Assembly (NCBI GenBank): GCA_965221165.1
Contig: CBDCRP010000003.1
Coordinates: 1,440,001-1,504,000, forward strand
Direction: 5' to 3'
DNA length: 64,000 bases
DNA from: a bacterium
GTDB taxonomy: Bacteria > UBA8248
How positions within the stretch are numbered: position 1 is the first letter of the stretch; each line of letters opens with the position of its first letter. Shown in pieces: positions 59,718 through 64,000 of this stretch. The position numbers and the translations under genes were made by a program. Below the pieces are notes generated by a model. The model searched no databases. It was not told the origin of the DNA and saw only the letters and a list, made by a program, of their open reading frames with translations.

Positions 59718-62006
59718 TCAGCGGCGTCGCCCGCGCCTGGGCGCAGGCTTTCCCCTCTTTTTACGCCGGGGCGTCGGGGACTTCTCCTTCCGGGGACGGC
59801 GCATACCCGTGAGCCCGGCCATGCGGCGTGCGGCGGGCGCATCGCCGGCCACCTCCCGCGTGCCGCCCGCCTGTAGCTGAAACGTAACGCGCCGCGCCGA
59901 CAAATCCACGCCTTCCACCCGCACGGTGACGGGATCCCCCAGGCGAAACCGCCGGCCCGTCCTGCGGCCCAGAACCGCGTGTTCCTCGGGAATGAAGCGG
60001 TAGTAGTCATCCGTCATGAATTCGAGCGGCGCCATGCCCTCCACGAAAATATCCTCCAACTCCACGAAAATCCCGAAATTCGCGACGCCCGAGACGTGGC
60101 CGCGAAAGCGCTCGCCCACCTTATCGCGCATGAAGAGCGCCTTCATGAAATCCACCATCTCGCGCGAGGCGGCTTCCGCCGTCCGGTCTTTCTCGGAAAT
60201 ATCATGGCAAAGGGCGGCGAGCGGCTTCGCCTGCGGTTTGCGCTTATCGCCGCGCATGAGCCTCTGGAGCCTCCTGTGAACGCACAGGTCCGCGTACCGG
60301 CGGATGGGCGAGGTGAAGTGCGTGTAGTGCTCGAAACCAAGGCCGAAGTGGAGAGCGGGAGCGGCCTCATAGCGCGCGAGTTTCATGCTTCTGAGCGCGG
60401 CGAAATTCACGTAGCGCTCCACGTCGGAATCCCGCACGGCGTCGAATACCTCCTGAAACCCTCCGGGGCGCTTCAACTCTCCCAGGCGGGGGGCCTTGAG
60501 ACCCAGCTTTGCGAGAATCGCCCTTACGCCCTCCAGGTTCTCCTCCGCCGGCGGCTCATGGACGCGGAAGACAGAAGCGCCTCCCGCCTGGCCAAGATAT
60601 TCCGCCACCGCCCGGTTCGCCGCCAGCATGCATTCTTCGATCAGCCTGTGGGCCGAGGTTCTCGGCGCGCGCTCGATACGCGCGGGCATTCCCTCCGGGT
60701 CGAGCAGTACCCGGGCTTCGGGCAGATCGAAATCGAGACTGCCCCGGCGCATCCGCACCGCGTGGAGCGTATCCGCAAGTGAGGATAATTCCCTGAGCGG
60801 TTCCTCCAATGCGCGAGCGCTTTCGGCCTCGTCTTTTTCAGGAATTTCAGCGCCCTCCAGAACGGCCGCCACGCCGCGATAGGTCAAGGAGGCGCGCGAG
60901 CGAACCCGCGCGAAGGTGAGCCGCATACCCGTCTGATTCCCGTATCGGTCGAAATCGATGAAGACGCTCAAGGTGCGGCGCACCGCCCCCTCGCCCAGAG
61001 AACACACCTCGCCCGTGAGGCGGGGCGGCAGCATGGGCACCGCCCGATCCGGCAAATACACGCTCGTCCCCCGCGCGCGGGCTTCGGTATCGATCGCGCC
61101 GCCCGGCTTCACGTAATGGCCCACGTCGGCGATGTGCACGCCGAGGCGGCGGCCACTTTTCAGCTTTTCAATCGAAACCGCGTCGTCGCGGTCCCGTGCG
61201 TCGAACGGATCGATGCTGAACGCGCACAGGCCCCTCAAATCCTCCACCCCTTCGGGGAAGGGAGTATCCTCCCCCGGCGGAGATATCCTCGCCTCCTCAT
61301 CCAGAATTTTTTGGGGGAAATCCTCGCGTATTCCGTGCTTGGCGAGCACCATCCGCCCCTCGGCGGCGGGGTCTTCGGGATAGCCGAACGACCTCAGGAT
61401 GCGCCCCTTGGCGGGCTCTCTCCGGGTCGGATACCGGCTTATCTCGACCTCCACCCATTCGCCGCGCCTGGCCCCTTCCCTTCCTCCCGCGCCCAGCACC
61501 ACGAGATGCGGTATGCGATCTTCCTGGGGCTCCACCCACGCGCTCCCGCCCTCGACGCAGAGCCTGCCCACCAGGGTTTCGTGCGCGCGCTCCATCACGT
61601 CGAGCACGCTGCCCTCGCGCCTCCCGTCGGGCTGGACTTTCTCCACCCTGGCGGAAACCAGGTCGCCGTGCATCGCGCCGCGCGTGCGCGTTTTCTTGAT
61701 CATGATGTCGAGGGGTTTTTCCTCATTCTCCGTCTGCTTCGGCACGACGAACCCGTAGCCTTGTCCGTGCCCCCGGAAGATTCCCTGATAAATGGAGAGA
61801 GAACCCGGCGTCGAATAGCGTCCGCGAACGCGGGTGAGAGCGCCTTCTTCCGCCATGGCGCGCAGGCGCTTCCTGAACGGAGGCCGCGCGGCGGCGGAGA
61901 CTCCGAGCAGGCGCACGAGTTCGCGCACGGGCATGGGCCTGCCCTCTTTGGCGAGGAGGCCGCGTATTTTCTTATCGTCTGGAATTGCGTCCGGTTTTCG
62001 CCTCAC
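59718..62006 (-). CDS. rnr: Ribonuclease R
   Basis: N-terminal HTH and cold-shock domains, SIDP.DARDRDDAV, HFTSPIRRYADL, S1 domain and basic tail. Confidence 0.95.
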   Translation of the reverse strand: MRRKPDAIPDDKKIRGLLAKEGRPMPVRELVRLLGVSAAARPPFRKRLRAMAEEGALTRVRGRYSTPGSLSIYQGIFRGHGQGYGFVVPKQTENEEKPLDIMIKKTRTRGAMHGDLVSARVEKVQPDGRREGSVLDVMERAHETLVGRLCVEGGSAWVEPQEDRIPHLVVLGAGGREGARRGEWVEVEISRYPTRREPAKGRILRSFGYPEDPAAEGRMVLAKHGIREDFPQKILDEEARISPPGEDTPFPEGVEDLRGLCAFSIDPFDARDRDDAVSIEKLKSGRRLGVHIADVGHYVKPGGAIDTEARARGTSVYLPDRAVPMLPPRLTGEVCSLGEGAVRRTLSVFIDFDRYGNQTGMRLTFARVRSRASLTYRGVAAVLEGAEIPEKDEAESARALEEPLRELSSLADTLHAVRMRRGSLDFDLPEARVLLDPEGMPARIERAPRTSAHRLIEECMLAANRAVAEYLGQAGGASVFRVHEPPAEENLEGVRAILAKLGLKAPRLGELKRPGGFQEVFDAVRDSDVERYVNFAALRSMKLARYEAAPALHFGLGFEHYTHFTSPIRRYADLCVHRRLQRLMRGDKRKPQAKPLAALCHDISEKDRTAEAASREMVDFMKALFMRDKVGERFRGHVSGVANFGIFVELEDIFVEGMAPLEFMTDDYYRFIPEEHAVLGRRTGRRFRLGDPVTVRVEGVDLSARRVTFQLQAGGTREVAGDAPAARRMAGLTGMRRPRKEKSPTPRRKKRGKPAPRRGRRR

Positions 62007-62018
62007 GAAGGATTCAAC

Positions 62019-62684
62019 TCATCCCACTTCCCGGGCAAACACCTGGTGACAGTCCACGATCTCGTTATCGGCGAGCTGCACGCAGGTCAGACACCCGCCG
62101 CTTACGGCGCGCGTGTCTATGCCCAAGTAATACGGAAGTTCGTTTCTCATCTCCCAGCCCGGGGTGTGCCCGAAGACGACGGGTTTGCCGAAATCATGTT
62201 GCGCATCGAGAAATTCCTCCCGTATCCAGACCAGATCCATCGGGTCCTGCTCCTCGATGGGAACGCCCGGCCTCAAGCCCGCGTGAACGAAGATGAATCC
62301 ACGGGCTTCATGGACCCACTGAAGCCCATCGAAAAATTCCTGGTGTGCGGGTGGGAGCCGAACCTCGCCCATCCCATCGGGATCATAGCTCTCAAGGGTC
62401 GCCCCGCCGCCGTTCATGAGGTAGACGCCCGGATAATAGTTCCCGCCCCCATCCAGATAATCCAAAAGCATGTCCTCGTGATTGCCCCGCAAAAACACGG
62501 TCTTGGGGTATTCGCGCCTGAAACCGAGCAGGAACTCGACCACGGCCTTCGAATCCCGCCCCCGATCGATGGAATCGCCGAGAAAAACGATTTCATCATC
62601 CTCCTTGAAGGGCACGCGCTCCACCAGGGCTTCGAGCATGTGAATCTGGCCATGAATATCGCCGACCGCGTAGAGATTGGACAT
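62019..62684 (-). CDS. Calcineurin-like metallophosphoesterase (Ser/Thr phosphatase/ApaH-like)
   Basis: GDIHG, GD.IDRG, LRGNHE, FVHAG, VFGHTP and IDT. Confidence 0.92.
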   Translation of the reverse strand: MSNLYAVGDIHGQIHMLEALVERVPFKEDDEIVFLGDSIDRGRDSKAVVEFLLGFRREYPKTVFLRGNHEDMLLDYLDGGGNYYPGVYLMNGGGATLESYDPDGMGEVRLPPAHQEFFDGLQWVHEARGFIFVHAGLRPGVPIEEQDPMDLVWIREEFLDAQHDFGKPVVFGHTPGWEMRNELPYYLGIDTRAVSGGCLTCVQLADNEIVDCHQVFAREVG

Positions 62685-62913
62685 TCCGAACAAGGGCCTC
62701 CCGGGTATTTCAACCATCACGGACAGTGCGGGCGGATGAGAACGACGCGCCCGATTCTATGGCGCGCGCGAGCGAGTGCGCAAGGCGCGGGGGTGATCTC
62801 GATGCGCGGATCGCCGAAATGGGGAGAAAACGCAGGCCCGGAAATGGTTGCAATTCCCGATTCGTATGCGGAGAGATTCGTATGAAGAAAGATTCCTGCG
62901 ACGAAAGCCCCGG

Positions 62914-64000
62914 CTACTTCAACTCGCCCCAGTTCTCGCCCGTGCTCACGTCCACCTCGAGCGGAACGCGCAGGTCCATCGCGCCCCGCATCTCCTCCTC
63001 GACCAGGGCGGCCACGCCTTCGATCTCTCGGGGCGGTATCTCGAACAAGAGCTCATCGTGCACCTGCACGAGCATGCGCGCTTCTCTCTCTTCTCTCGTG
63101 AGGCGCGCGGCGATGGCTATCATCGCGATCTTGATGACGTCGGCCGCGCTGCCCTGGATGACGGAATTCACCGCCGTTCGCTCGGCGGCGTTTTTCGCGT
63201 TGCGGTTTCTGCTGTTCAGATCGGGCAGATACCTGCGCCGCCCCATGATGGTGGAGACATAGCCGCTCGCGCGCCCTTTCTCGATGGTCGCATCCACGAA
63301 GGCGGGCACGGAGGCGAAGCGCTCGAAATAGGTGTCGATGAACGAGCGCGCCTCGGACTGGGCGATGCCGATGGTCTGGGAAAGGCCGAAGGCCCCCTGC
63401 CCGTAGATGATGCCGAAATTCACCGCCTTGGCGACGCGGCGCATCTCGGAGTCCACCGCGTCGAGCGCCACGCCGTAGACGGCCGAGGCGGTCGTGGCGT
63501 GAATGTCCTCCCCCTTGCCGAAAGCATCGACGAGGGCCGGGTCGTTCGTGAAATGCGCCAGCACCCTCAGTTCGATCTGGCTGTAATCCGCAGAGAGGAG
63601 CTTCCACCCGTCCTCGGGCAGGAAGGCCCGGCGTATCTCGCGGCCCAAATCCGTGCGGATGGGGATGTTCTGCAAATTGGGGTCCGAACCGCTGAGCCGC
63701 CCCGTGGCGGCGACCGTCTGGTTGAAGCGCGCGTGGATGCGGCCCGTCTGCGGGTTCACAAGTTCGGGCAGGGTATCGACATAGGTGCTCTTGAGTTTTG
63801 AAAGCTGTCTGAAACTCAGAATCTCCTGGGGAAGGGGGTGCCGGGGCGCGAGTCTCTCCAGCGTGTCGATGTCGGTGGAAGGCCCCGTTTTCGTTCTCTT
63901 GATTACCGGGAGGTTCAGCTTTTCGAACAGGATGACGCGCAACTGCTGGGTGGAGTTGATGTTGAACTCCGCACCCGCCAGCGCGTGGATATCGCTGCGC
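62914..64000 (-). CDS. polA: DNA polymerase I (C-terminal polymerase domain, runs off the window edge)
   Basis: TGRLS..PNLQNIP, ADYSQIELR, AKAVNFGIIYG and QVHDEL. Confidence 0.97.
   Translation of the reverse strand, partial: RSDIHALAGAEFNINSTQQLRVILFEKLNLPVIKRTKTGPSTDIDTLERLAPRHPLPQEILSFRQLSKLKSTYVDTLPELVNPQTGRIHARFNQTVAATGRLSGSDPNLQNIPIRTDLGREIRRAFLPEDGWKLLSADYSQIELRVLAHFTNDPALVDAFGKGEDIHATTASAVYGVALDAVDSEMRRVAKAVNFGIIYGQGAFGLSQTIGIAQSEARSFIDTYFERFASVPAFVDATIEKGRASGYVSTIMGRRRYLPDLNSRNRNAKNAAERTAVNSVIQGSAADVIKIAMIAIAARLTREEREARMLVQVHDELLFEIPPREIEGVAALVEEEMRGAMDLRVPLEVDVSTGENWGELK

Overview
GC-rich bacterial window that is mostly accessory and catabolic, ending in a housekeeping block (ppx-ppk1, ssrA, smpB, rnr, phosphoesterase, polA). 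From the left it holds: (1) an IclR-grdA-grdC-grdE-grdB-tctCBA operon, a glycine/betaine-reductase-like system. GrdA and GrdB are selenoproteins that the ORF track split at in-frame UGA codons. GrdB has an atypical UGSGTRSG motif and there is no grdD. (2) IS3, IS66, pdxH and higA debris, followed by four tandem, diverged HEPN (RNQxFH) nuclease-like genes. Three of them have their own sigma70-like promoter and a conserved, structured ~110-nt leader; this HEPN/leader-RNA array is the best candidate for an undescribed system. (3) A large uptake/catabolism region with three TAXI-TRAP systems (one permease ~480 aa oversized), a sugar-type ABC importer whose ATPase carries a ~160-aa membrane insertion, and tandem paralog pairs (QueG/RdhA-like, MBL-fold, SAM methyltransferase). 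(4) Cargo at the tmRNA 3' end: a NYN gene bounded by a perfect 60-bp duplication of the tmRNA end, then a low-GC, frameshifted type IIG-like restriction-modification locus. All calls come from reading motifs by eye; no database searches were run.
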